Shown: positions 16,042 to 25,430 of the stretch, one piece after another
How the letters are laid out: every line of letters starts with the position of its first letter
Numbering within the stretch: the first letter of the stretch is position 1
NCBI GenBank assembly: GCA_030599585.1
Contig: JAUVNS010000026.1
Span: forward strand, 1 to 41,648
DNA length: 41,648 nt
Origin: Promethearchaeota archaeon
GTDB lineage: Archaea > Asgardarchaeota > Lokiarchaeia > Sigyniarchaeales > SOKP01
Direction of reading: 5' to 3'
Notes under the pieces: model-generated
Seen by the model: only the letters and a program-made list of their open reading frames with translations
The model's database searches: none
What the model was told of the DNA's origin: nothing
Position numbers and translations under genes: made by a program

Positions 16042-18363
16042 ATGAAAATGAAACCTAAAGAAAATCTAGCAAAGATAAAAGATTCTCTTCTACAGAGCAT
16101 TCGTAAAGTGTTTATACAAGAACTTTATGTGGAAGGAGAAGACCCTCCAAAATCATACTTTGGAGAAAAGAAATTCTTTGGACTTTATGCGATTTTTTTG
16201 ATATATTCATTTTTAGTACTAATTGGGATTAATTTTCCAGAACCGTATTTAGACATTCTTACCTTTGGAAACCCATTTGTTTTTGGAAACGCGTTAGTAG
16301 CTTTCTTTCTAGTATTATCTATATTGTATAGCGTTGATAAAATTAGAATATTCTTTTTTGAAAAACATACGGCGATTAAGCAGATTATTTTATATGTTGG
16401 AATTATTTCGAGCTTCTTTATTATTTTCTTATATGTCTATAATTTAAATACAAATCTTATTAGCTATTTATTAGGATTGTCGACAATCTGGCTTGTGTTA
16501 CTAAGCATTCGCTTTTACATGTATTCCAGAAAGTTTGCAACCAAAATAGAGGCTAAGTTTATAACTAAATATTCTTCATTTCGCCGTTTTATCGCTTTCA
16601 TTGCTCCTTATTTTATTTTAGGAGTATTAGTTGTAATAGCCCTGTTTTATCGTGGTCTGTTAGTATATATTTCACTTGATTTTTTCGGTCCCTTTGCCCC
16701 CAGTGAAGCAGTAAGAGTTTACGAATTAGAAATGCGCTTAATAATGCCTTTAATTTATTTTAGTTTAATTTTAACTCTCTTGTTCATCATATTTGAATTC
16801 GTATTTACACGACGAAGAGCCGAGACAAAGAGAGCAGGATTGTTTGATAACTACACTTTTTCTTTAATAGTTTTATTTATATTTTTCTTTCAAGTCTTTC
16901 AGTTATCTCTATTCTTAATTTTAAATCCAGTAACCTTAACCGCCCTAAAAGCGACTGTGGGTGCAAATAGTTCTACTATATGGTTTATATTTATTTTAGA
17001 ATTTGCCGTATCTATTCTCTTTCTGTACAGAATCATCAAAAAATTAGGGCGTTCAATAGAATGGAAACTTCTCATATTTAAAAGAGATGGTCTAATACTT
17101 TTAATTTTAGGTTGTGTTCTTTCTCAAACCCTTACTCGTTATGCTTTACAGACACAAGTTCCGAATCAGATAATTACTCCCCTTGGACAGTTTTTCATGG
17201 CAGATAAATACATTATCTCTATATTAATGATTATTTTCTTAGGAAGCACTCTGCTATTCTATTACTTAAAGCCACATGAAACTTCAATGTTTATTCGTTT
17301 ACAGAAAGAGACAGTTGATCAAGAAGAGCAGAGTATGGATATAATTTATAAACTATTAAGGAGCGAGTATTTGCGAAGAGGAGAGGGTTTTCCTCTAGAG
17401 ATTTTAGAGCGAGAGTTGATTAGAGCTACGAAACTTTCTAAAAATAATGTATATTTTATGATTGAATCTCTTGCGAAAGTTAACATGAATGTTACTATGA
17501 CAGACGTAAAAAATAATCAAGGGCGATATCAAAAATTCGTAGATTTTACTTCGGTTCTCGAGAAGTTTGATAAAAAAGCAGTAGCAAAGAAGAAAGCAAA
17601 AAAATATCTGTCAGATCGACTCTTCACAACCATGACATCAAACAAACCTAAACAACTCAACTTACATGTTGATACGAACCAAAATAAGGCCTCTGATCAA
17701 TTTATATCTTCTCTAACTTCAGATTATACAAAAAAACAAAAAGATGAATTATCTTTCGAACAAAAACAAAAAGACATCTCAATTTCCTTTACTCAAAAAG
17801 AGATTCCTCAAGCATTAAAAAATAATATCATAGAAATATTAAAAAAAGAATATGCATATCGGAGTGAAAATCTGGAGAAATACCCCGAATTTCATTATAG
17901 TATCTCAGAAATCGCGTCTGAAATTCAAATGGAAACTCGTATCACTCCGGGTCAACTCTATCCCTTATTGGAAAAAATTGCTACGGACGATCTAGAATTA
18001 AGCTTAGTGAAAAATCCAGACGAACCTGAAGACAAGCGTATCAATTTCTTTCCCATTGCGGATGACGACTTAAGTCATACCCTCGCTAATTTTAGACCAG
18101 AAGAATACGAAAAGATAAGAATAAAAGTAACGAAATTATTTTTTAAATTTTTAAATCGGAAGAAATCAAAAGCTATATTTCCTAAACTCAGAAAGCAGAT
18201 TGGCGAGAATACAGAAGAACAACGAGCATGGAATGAGATATACAAAATATTTAATAATGTTTATCCTAAGTATACAGAAATTTTTGAGAGGATAAGATTA
18301 GGAGTAGAATTACCAAAAATCTTAAAAGTCTTTCCTAAAAAAGATATTGATATTTATCTTTAA
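16042..18363 (+). CDS. Polytopic membrane protein with cytoplasmic winged-helix-like C-terminal region
   Basis: About 10 hydrophobic helices in the first ~410 aa, then a soluble region with wHTH-like segments (YSISEIASEIQMETRITPGQLYPLLEKI). Confidence 0.75.
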   Translation: MKMKPKENLAKIKDSLLQSIRKVFIQELYVEGEDPPKSYFGEKKFFGLYAIFLIYSFLVLIGINFPEPYLDILTFGNPFVFGNALVAFFLVLSILYSVDKIRIFFFEKHTAIKQIILYVGIISSFFIIFLYVYNLNTNLISYLLGLSTIWLVLLSIRFYMYSRKFATKIEAKFITKYSSFRRFIAFIAPYFILGVLVVIALFYRGLLVYISLDFFGPFAPSEAVRVYELEMRLIMPLIYFSLILTLLFIIFEFVFTRRRAETKRAGLFDNYTFSLIVLFIFFFQVFQLSLFLILNPVTLTALKATVGANSSTIWFIFILEFAVSILFLYRIIKKLGRSIEWKLLIFKRDGLILLILGCVLSQTLTRYALQTQVPNQIITPLGQFFMADKYIISILMIIFLGSTLLFYYLKPHETSMFIRLQKETVDQEEQSMDIIYKLLRSEYLRRGEGFPLEILERELIRATKLSKNNVYFMIESLAKVNMNVTMTDVKNNQGRYQKFVDFTSVLEKFDKKAVAKKKAKKYLSDRLFTTMTSNKPKQLNLHVDTNQNKASDQFISSLTSDYTKKQKDELSFEQKQKDISISFTQKEIPQALKNNIIEILKKEYAYRSENLEKYPEFHYSISEIASEIQMETRITPGQLYPLLEKIATDDLELSLVKNPDEPEDKRINFFPIADDDLSHTLANFRPEEYEKIRIKVTKLFFKFLNRKKSKAIFPKLRKQIGENTEEQRAWNEIYKIFNNVYPKYTEIFERIRLGVELPKILKVFPKKDIDIYL

Positions 18364-18372
18364 TTCTTCCTC

Positions 18373-19650
18373 ATGCGCTCTATAAATCCAAAAATCTCAT
18401 TGAGGAGTACATTTCTAGGGCTTTCTTCCTTTCAATTGCTGGCGATGTTTAGACGAGGTATGTTTTACACCTTCTTATCTGTTTATATGTCTACTTTTTT
18501 GGGTTTATCCCCGATTATAGTATCATTGTACGCTACACTTCCTATGATAATGAGCGTGGTTTTTCAAAATTTTGTTTGGGGTCCTTTAAGCGACAAATTT
18601 CAAAGGAGGAGATCGATGATTATTTTGGGTGAGGTTTTAGCCGGTATTGGAACAATATCAGTTTGGTTTGTTCACTCAATTTTTTCGAATAAGTTGCTTG
18701 CGGGATTTGTCATAATTATCGGGTTAATGTGTATTGAAGCGTTTTGGTCAATGTCCAATATTAATTGGAGCGCACTTATTAGCGATATTTACCCTTCTAA
18801 AGATAGGAGCAAAGTAATGGGACAATTAACTAGCGTAGGAGGTTTCGGAAGAATAATAGGAATCTCTATCGGATCAATACTTTACAATAACGGTTATGGT
18901 TTTCGTGATGGACCATTATTCTTTGTAGCAGCACTGGTTATGTTTGTGTCTTCTATCCCTATGATTTTCACTTCAGAAGGAGGGATTAAACCTGAAGAAG
19001 AAATAGAAGAGGAGAATAACGATAATACACCGCAAAACTACAATTTTAAAGTTATTTTCATTATCTTCATCATTTCTTTAACATTTATTAATTTTGGACG
19101 CAATTCAATCGCAACATTCTATAGTCCGTATTTAAAACTGGATACCGGATTTGCGGTAGGTGATATATTATTAGGTTATATTGCAAACACTCGCTCGGTA
19201 GCAGTGCTAACTATTGGGTTTTTAGCTGGTACCTTAAGCAAAAAGTTCGGACATGCTCGAACTCTAATATTAGGTGTGGGATTGGCAATTTTCGCGTTAG
19301 TTACCACGGGATTAACAGATAATTTAATTTTGATATTTGTTGGAAGTTTTTTTATGGGTGCGGCTGAAGTTATTATTTTTGCTGCCTCTTACGTCATTGC
19401 CTCTAACTTGATACCTTCCAAAAGGAGGGCAAAATTATTTGGAGTATATAATACGACTTTTTTTCTTTCCTGGGGATTAGCGGGTACTTTCATATCAGGC
19501 CCGTTGATAGACTTTCTACTCAATAACGATTTTGACGAAGTTATATCTTATCAAGCTGCTTTTATTGTAGGAGCTCTTATAACAGGAATAGGATTAGTTA
19601 TATTATTGGTGTTAGAAATTTTGCTCAAACCTAGAAGTGCTAAGAAATAG
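18373..19650 (+). CDS. MFS transporter
   Basis: About 12 TM helices; motif A GPLSDKFQRR and GTLSKKFGHAR. Confidence 0.9.
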   Translation: MRSINPKISLRSTFLGLSSFQLLAMFRRGMFYTFLSVYMSTFLGLSPIIVSLYATLPMIMSVVFQNFVWGPLSDKFQRRRSMIILGEVLAGIGTISVWFVHSIFSNKLLAGFVIIIGLMCIEAFWSMSNINWSALISDIYPSKDRSKVMGQLTSVGGFGRIIGISIGSILYNNGYGFRDGPLFFVAALVMFVSSIPMIFTSEGGIKPEEEIEEENNDNTPQNYNFKVIFIIFIISLTFINFGRNSIATFYSPYLKLDTGFAVGDILLGYIANTRSVAVLTIGFLAGTLSKKFGHARTLILGVGLAIFALVTTGLTDNLILIFVGSFFMGAAEVIIFAASYVIASNLIPSKRRAKLFGVYNTTFFLSWGLAGTFISGPLIDFLLNNDFDEVISYQAAFIVGALITGIGLVILLVLEILLKPRSAKK

Positions 19651-19781
19651 CATATGAAGAATTTGATATTAAAAGAGAGAAAAAAGGCAAATTTAAATAG
19701 AATCATAAATAAATGTGTATATTACACATAAAAGCGTAATAAATTAAAATTCATGGTCCAAATCTAAAACAAGGGTAATTC

Positions 19782-20294
19782 ATGACTGAACACAAATTTG
19801 ATTTTCATTTTATTAAAAACGAAATAAGAAAGAAAACATTTGGTATTATAACTACATTAAATAAAGATGGAAGTCCTCATACATCTGGAATTCTCTATGG
19901 TGTTTCTAATCAAGATGAAAAGTTTGCATTGTATCTTTTAACTTATAAAAAAAACAAAAAAGTAAGAAATATCCAGAGGAATCCTAAAGTCTCCTTTATT
20001 ATACCTTTTCCGCATCATATTTTGCGTTTTGTTCCTTCAGGCGCAATAACAATTAATGGTATTGCAAAAATACTTCCCGTCAATACAAAGGAAATCATAC
20101 AAACATTTTCAGAAAAAAAGATACTAAGACAGCTTATTGCTGATATTGACTTTGAGAATGATATAAAGTATGTATTTGTTAAAATTGAACCAGATCCTAA
20201 GATCTTTTGTTATGGAGTTGGATTTAGTATTTTGAAATTAAGAAGTTCTCATACAACTGGAGGATATTCTGTAACTATGCCTGATGAAAGCTGA
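19782..20294 (+). CDS. Pyridoxamine 5'-phosphate oxidase-like (split-barrel flavin/F420-binding) protein
   Basis: ITTLNKDGSPH...KKVRNIQRNPKVS. Confidence 0.85.
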   Translation: MTEHKFDFHFIKNEIRKKTFGIITTLNKDGSPHTSGILYGVSNQDEKFALYLLTYKKNKKVRNIQRNPKVSFIIPFPHHILRFVPSGAITINGIAKILPVNTKEIIQTFSEKKILRQLIADIDFENDIKYVFVKIEPDPKIFCYGVGFSILKLRSSHTTGGYSVTMPDES

Positions 20295-20619
20295 ATCAGA
20301 AGGTTCAAAAAGCTACTTGGGTTCTTAATTGATTTGAATCGCTTTTTATTATTGATCTTAATGGCGTTGATTTCTATCTCAGTCGTAAAAAAACTCGAAA
20401 CGATATGGGTTTTTTAACTTATTCACTCTCTTTTTTTTGTTGTTTGCAATGCAGTAACAGATTCTACAGACATTTCATTAATTCTCTCTGTTTTACCTCC
20501 TTAAGTTTAAATGGTATAAGTACATCAAATAGTTTGAACATTAAGAAATTCATGGCTCAAACGTAAAAATGGTAAGAAATAAAATTTTTAATCTAGTTTT
20601 TTACATCCGAAGAATTGAA

Positions 20620-20778
20620 TCAACAACAGCGTTTCCTTCTTGGTGGTGTTTTCAATGTATTATTTTCATTTGTATCATTAGTTTCTTTCTTTAATGATAA
20701 TTCAACACCACAACTTTCACAAAACTTCATATTTAAATCGTTTATCTGTTTTCCACAATTAGGACAGTTCAATTTCAA
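20620..20778 (-). CDS. Unannotated 52-aa zinc-ribbon microprotein ending RRKRCC
   Basis: Translated by hand from a TTG start: MKLNCPNCGKQINDLNMKFCESCGVELSLKKETNDTNENNTLKTPPRRKRCC. Below the ORF-track size cutoff. Confidence 0.7.
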   Translation of the reverse strand: MKLNCPNCGKQINDLNMKFCESCGVELSLKKETNDTNENNTLKTPPRRKRCC

Positions 20779-20837
20779 TCTATCTCACGAGGTATTATGT
20801 TATAATAATTAGTGTTATTAATTGAGAAAAAAAATTA

Positions 20838-21017
20838 TTAATTTAGTTTTTTACAACATTCGTCGCATTTTAGTTCAGCTAAGCTTAAATATCCACAGTT
20901 TTCACCCATATTGCACTCAAGCTGATTTTTTTCTTCGTTAAAAACCATATCTTGACTACAACATTGTGGAATCGTTTCCATTATTTTTCCACAGCCGGTA
21001 CATCTAAAAGTTTCCAT
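20838..21017 (-). CDS. Unannotated 59-aa Cys-rich metal-binding microprotein (9 Cys)
   Basis: RBS AAGGAGGT upstream of ATG 21017. Sequence METFRCTGCGKIMETIPQCCSQDMVFNEEKNQLECNMGENCGYLSLAELKCDECCKKLN. Lies directly downstream of copA. Confidence 0.85.
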   Translation of the reverse strand: METFRCTGCGKIMETIPQCCSQDMVFNEEKNQLECNMGENCGYLSLAELKCDECCKKLN

Positions 21018-21046
21018 TTTTTATAACCTCCTTATTTAAACTTAAT

Positions 21047-23947
21047 TTATTCAACAAGTTCCATTGCTTTACCGTGATGTTCGGGGATTGATTGAGCTCC
21101 ACAAGATGCACCCATCCAACAGACGAGTTCCTCTCCTTCTTTATGCATTGGTTGACCGCAATGCATTGGCAAATCTTGCTCCAATCCACATTCAACACAT
21201 TTTAATTTACTCATTTTTTTATCTACCTCTTTTTCTTCTTTAATTGATTTGAAATCTTGAATTTTCTTTTTATCGTCTGAAACTACAGATTCTTCTTCAT
21301 CGGTTCCTTTCATCTGCATCAACTTAGGGTCCATGTTATCGTAGTTTTTAAACCTTTCAGGGTCTTTTTTAAAGTGAGTTTCACAGTTCGCACTGCAAAA
21401 GTGAAAAGTTTTTTCTTGATATTCAAGTTCTAAAGCGCGTCTAGGATCAATTTCCATACCACACACAGGATCTACAACCTTTTCTTGGGAGATTAATAGC
21501 TTTTCTTCTTCTAATTGTTGGGGTGTTTTTGGTTCATATCTTTTCAAGAAAAGCGCATTAGTGACTACAGAAACAGAACTAGACGCCATAAAAACAGCGG
21601 CTAAATAGGGTGGTAAGAAAAATCCAGTCCCGTAATACAGAATTCCAGCAGCGATAGGTATTCCAATTAAATTATATATAAATGCCCAAAACAAGTTTGT
21701 AATCATTTTACGGTAAGTTTTTTTAGACAAATTAATTGCAGAAACTACATTCCGAAGATCTCCCCTCATAAGTACTATATCTGCAGTTTCTATTGCAATA
21801 TCTGTTCCAGATCCAATCGCAATTCCAACATCTGCTTGAGCTAGAGCAGGAGCATCGTTTATTCCATCTCCTACCATACCAACGATCTTTTTATCTTCCA
21901 ATTCCTGTAATTTTCTAATAGTTTCAGCTTTTTCATTTGGTAAAACTTCAGCTAATATATGTTCTTCGTCAAAATTTAATTCTTTGCCAATGCTCAAAGC
22001 GGTTTGTTTATTATCACCTGTAAGCATAAAAAGTTCTAAGTCTTTTTCTCGTAATTTTTCTAAAGCGTATGGGGCTTGTTCTTTCATTTTATCCGAAATT
22101 CCAATAATCCCCTTAATCTCATTTTCAACACTAATTAAAATGGTTGTTTTTCCTTGTCTTTGAAATTCATTAAACTTTTCTGTGTAAGAATCAATAGAGA
22201 TACTATAATCAGCCATCAACTTCTCGTTTCCTATAAGTACGGTTTTATTTTTAATATCAGTTTTAATACCTTTCCCCGGTATAGCATTTAATTCAGTGGG
22301 AATTTCGAGAGTTAACCCCTTTTGGTTTGCTTCTTCAATGATTGCTTGCCCAAGAAGGTGTTCAGAACCCATTTCAGCACTTCCTGCGTAAAATAATAGC
22401 TCATCTGCATCATAACCAGTGCCATTCAAATCTTTTTCAGTAAAAATTCCAGAAACTTTTGGTTTTCCAATTGTTAAAGTCCCAGTCTTGTCAAAAACGA
22501 TAGTATTAATCGTGCTAATTGCTTCTAAAGAATCCCCACCTTTTATTAGTATTCCATTTTCGGCACCTTTACCAGTTCCTACCATGACAGCAGTAGGTAT
22601 CGCTAAACCAAGAGCGCAAGGACATGAAATCACAACAACTGATGTAAACACTAATAAAGATATTTCTAATCCTATAGCTGCTATAAAATACCAATATAAG
22701 AATGCTCCAGTAGCGATTATGATAACCGCCGGAACAAAATAATTACTAACGGTATCTGCTAATTGTTGTTTTGCCGCTTTTTTACTTTGGGCTTCTTTTA
22801 CAAAATTAATTATCTGAAATAAAAGTGTATCCTTCCCTATTTTTTCTGCTTTGATATTTAGTAGCCCAGTTTGGTTTAATGTTGCTCCAATTACTTCGCT
22901 ATCAATTTCTTTTTTCACATATCTACTTTCTCCGGTAATCATTGACTCGTCAACTTTTGTTTTTCCTTTAACCACTTTTCCATCGATTGGAATTTTTTCG
23001 CCAGGTCGAACAACTAAGATGTCTCCAACCTCAATCTCTTCGATCGGGATTTCAATTTCTTTTCCGTCTTTCAAAAGAGTGGCTGTTTTAGGTTGTAATC
23101 CAATAAGTTTTTTGATTGCTTCTGAAGTTTGTCCTTTCGTTTTGTGTTCAAAATACTTGCCAATTAATAGAAACGCAAGAATCATGCTCATTGCTTCGTA
23201 AAATGTGTTTCCGTCTATGAAAAATGTTGACAATATTGAATATACAAGTGCTGTTGTTGTTCCTAACGCAACCAGCACATCCATATTAGTTGACTTATTC
23301 CTTAACGATTTGTATGCGCCAATAAGAAAGAAGGATCCCGCAATACTAAAATCAGCTATCGCTAAAAAAAACAAGACTAAGTTCCTACCGAAAGATTCTG
23401 CTACGAACCAACTAATTGGAGTAATAACAAACATAAACGCTAATGCAATTATTAAAATCCTTAATCGATATCGCATCTCTTTTTTATGGCTTTCGATCTC
23501 TTTATCAAGCGCTCCTGCTGCTATTTCAAGTTTATAACCTAATTGTTTAACTTTTGAGTAAATTTTACTTTCATCTAGTTGTAACTCATTGTATTCGACA
23601 AATAACTTACTAACTTTAAAATTTCCTCTCACTTCATATATTCCTTCAATTTTTTCAACTGAATTAGCCAGTTCATTGAATTCTGATTCAGGAATAGAAT
23701 CAATTACTTTATAATCTATCTTAGCTAGCGTTGCTTTATATCCTAAGTCTTTTATCGCCTTATTAAAATCAGCATAACTAATTTTGCTAGAATTGTATTC
23801 GACGGTGGCTTCTTCACTCGCAAAATTTACTACTGAAGTACTTACTCCATCTAAATTCTTCAATTTAGTTTCTATTTTTAAAGCGCAAGATGCGCATGTC
23901 ATACCGCTGAGCTTTATTTTCATCTTTTCTTCTGTTTTCGCTTCCAT
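21047..23947 (-). CDS. copA: Cu(I)-exporting P1B-type ATPase with HMA domain(s), C-terminal YHS domain and Cys/His/Met tail
   Basis: GMTCASC, TGES, CPCALG, DKTGT, SEH, GDGINDAP, YN and MASSS motifs; YHS domain DPVCGM...FCSANC; RBS GGAGTGA. Confidence 0.95.
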   Translation of the reverse strand: MEAKTEEKMKIKLSGMTCASCALKIETKLKNLDGVSTSVVNFASEEATVEYNSSKISYADFNKAIKDLGYKATLAKIDYKVIDSIPESEFNELANSVEKIEGIYEVRGNFKVSKLFVEYNELQLDESKIYSKVKQLGYKLEIAAGALDKEIESHKKEMRYRLRILIIALAFMFVITPISWFVAESFGRNLVLFFLAIADFSIAGSFFLIGAYKSLRNKSTNMDVLVALGTTTALVYSILSTFFIDGNTFYEAMSMILAFLLIGKYFEHKTKGQTSEAIKKLIGLQPKTATLLKDGKEIEIPIEEIEVGDILVVRPGEKIPIDGKVVKGKTKVDESMITGESRYVKKEIDSEVIGATLNQTGLLNIKAEKIGKDTLLFQIINFVKEAQSKKAAKQQLADTVSNYFVPAVIIIATGAFLYWYFIAAIGLEISLLVFTSVVVISCPCALGLAIPTAVMVGTGKGAENGILIKGGDSLEAISTINTIVFDKTGTLTIGKPKVSGIFTEKDLNGTGYDADELLFYAGSAEMGSEHLLGQAIIEEANQKGLTLEIPTELNAIPGKGIKTDIKNKTVLIGNEKLMADYSISIDSYTEKFNEFQRQGKTTILISVENEIKGIIGISDKMKEQAPYALEKLREKDLELFMLTGDNKQTALSIGKELNFDEEHILAEVLPNEKAETIRKLQELEDKKIVGMVGDGINDAPALAQADVGIAIGSGTDIAIETADIVLMRGDLRNVVSAINLSKKTYRKMITNLFWAFIYNLIGIPIAAGILYYGTGFFLPPYLAAVFMASSSVSVVTNALFLKRYEPKTPQQLEEEKLLISQEKVVDPVCGMEIDPRRALELEYQEKTFHFCSANCETHFKKDPERFKNYDNMDPKLMQMKGTDEEESVVSDDKKKIQDFKSIKEEKEVDKKMSKLKCVECGLEQDLPMHCGQPMHKEGEELVCWMGASCGAQSIPEHHGKAMELVE

Positions 23948-24092
23948 TTTACATCACTCCTTTCTTAATTCTTCATTATTGAACTAATTAAATATAGATT
24001 CTTATTATAATTTGAAAATATAATCGACAGTTTCTTTACTACTTTTAACCTAATCTTTCTCATGATTTCTATTTTAAAAATTAATTAAAATT

Positions 24093-24136
24093 ATACTTTA
24101 AGATATATATTAAAAAGTATATATTTAAATATTCTT
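24093..24136 (-). promoter_or_regulatory. Putative copA promoter/operator (44 bp, copy 1)
   Basis: 39/44 identical to 25339-25382. The minus strand reads AAGAATATTTAAATAT (BRE/TATA-like) followed by an imperfect palindrome. Confidence 0.6.
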
Positions 24137-24199
24137 TTTATATTCTATAGATCAATAATAAATTTAAAGAATATTTAAAAAAAGATAGGTAATTTTATC

Positions 24200-24640
24200 A
24201 TGGCTGAAGAAACTGAAATTAAAATTCAAAATCTCACTAAATTTTACATGTTAGTGTTATTAAAATCAAACGATGCAGTTACAGGGTATTTTATAATTAA
24301 AAGATTAGAAAAGGATTTGGGGAAAACAATTAGTCCAACTTATGTATACGATTTCTTAAAAAGTTTAAAAGTTCAAGGGTATGTAAAGGATGTTACAAAA
24401 TCTAAAACATCGAAACGCTCTAAGGGTTATCAACTCACTCCTCAAGGTCATGAATTCATAGATAGAATCTTCTTAAGATTTAACAACTTAATAGAAGTTG
24501 CCATCCAATCAAGATTAGAAATCTGCGCCAGTTGTGGCGTTAAACTTTACGATAATTATCACAGTGAAAAAATTGGGAACAAAAATTTAAATTTTTGCTG
24601 TAAACATTGTGCAAAAGCATTTAAAGATGAACAAATGTAA
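24200..24640 (+). CDS. PadR-like wHTH plus TRASH-domain metal-responsive regulator (CopR/CopT-like)
   Basis: wHTH (TGYFI...SPTYVY...YQLTPQG) and C-terminal CASCG...FCCKHC; divergent from copA. Confidence 0.85.
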   Translation: MAEETEIKIQNLTKFYMLVLLKSNDAVTGYFIIKRLEKDLGKTISPTYVYDFLKSLKVQGYVKDVTKSKTSKRSKGYQLTPQGHEFIDRIFLRFNNLIEVAIQSRLEICASCGVKLYDNYHSEKIGNKNLNFCCKHCAKAFKDEQM

Positions 24641-24687
24641 AAAGCATTTAAAACTTTTTAAAAAAAAGTATTTACTTCATGTTGGAA

Positions 24688-24987
24688 CTATAGTCTGGTT
24701 CCACATAAAGAACAAAATTTGGAATTACGGTCATCTAATTTTGAACCACATGCTGAACAATAATTCGTTGTTTCAGATGGTTCAAATTCCGCGTGTTTTA
24801 CGGAAGGGGTTATAGTATCAATTGTAGTTTCTAAATTTTCTTCACGATTCGTGTGTCGATTAAGTACGAACAATAATATAACTACAACTGCAATGAAAGA
24901 AATAACTCCTAAAAAAATTAATGCTCCATTAGGAGTAACCCAATCCATCATGTGTCCCCATTCGTCATGCATTTCATCAAAAATCAT
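24688..24987 (-). CDS. Single-pass membrane protein with His/Met-rich N-terminus and C-terminal zinc ribbon
   Basis: EMHDEWGHMMDW, one TM helix, CSAC...CSLC. Confidence 0.8.
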   Translation of the reverse strand: MIFDEMHDEWGHMMDWVTPNGALIFLGVISFIAVVVILLFVLNRHTNREENLETTIDTITPSVKHAEFEPSETTNYCSACGSKLDDRNSKFCSLCGTRL

Positions 24988-25027
24988 AATTTTTCCTCTT
25001 ATTTTATATTTTAATCTAATTTCTTTC

Positions 25028-25306
25028 TTACTTTTTAAATTCAGTCTCTTGATTATAACTATTTCTAACTAGTAAAAACATAACTAATCCTAACAGATTT
25101 AGTATTAATCCGATTAACAACCAAAGTTCAGAATTTTTGATTCCCCGCCTCAACGCATCTTTATGTAAATAGTAAGCAATTAAAACACTCAAGCCTATGT
25201 ACGTAACCGCTCCAACGATCATAAAAATCCATCCGTATGGCCCGAATACATTAAACCACCAATCCATCATATGATAATCGTATGATTGTAATACTGTCAA
25301 ACTCAT
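25028..25306 (-). CDS. Small membrane protein with HMMDW motif (PLDc_N-like C-terminal hairpin)
   Basis: YHMMDWW; HKDALRRGIKNSELW; paralog of 25431..25655. Confidence 0.8.
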   Translation of the reverse strand: MSLTVLQSYDYHMMDWWFNVFGPYGWIFMIVGAVTYIGLSVLIAYYLHKDALRRGIKNSELWLLIGLILNLLGLVMFLLVRNSYNQETEFKK

Positions 25307-25338
25307 TTAATCAACTAAGTTAATTTTTTTTATTTTTA

Positions 25339-25382
25339 ATACTTTAAAATATATACAAGAAAATATATATTTAAATATTCTT
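25339..25382 (-). promoter_or_regulatory. Putative promoter/operator (44 bp, copy 2)
   Basis: 39/44 identical to 24093-24136; ends 33 nt upstream of ATG 25306. Confidence 0.6.
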
Positions 25383-25430
25383 ATTATAAAAAAAAATAGG
25401 GTAGTATCGACTTTTTGAATTGAAGAGAGA

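Noticed and set aside
20307-20500. Additional cop-operon gene after the GGAGGT at about 20495 (minus strand)
   Set aside because: ATG 20473 gives only 16 codons. A longer frame needs a frameshift in an A8 run, so it may be a pseudogene or homopolymer error but is unsupported.
20593-20622. Selenocysteine read-through at CC-TGA of the 52-aa ORF
   Set aside because: The extension is short and featureless, and no SECIS-like element was identified.
23965-24063. 32-aa leader peptide upstream of copA
   Set aside because: It has no Cys or His residues and its composition is that of AT-rich intergenic DNA. Only its position is suggestive.
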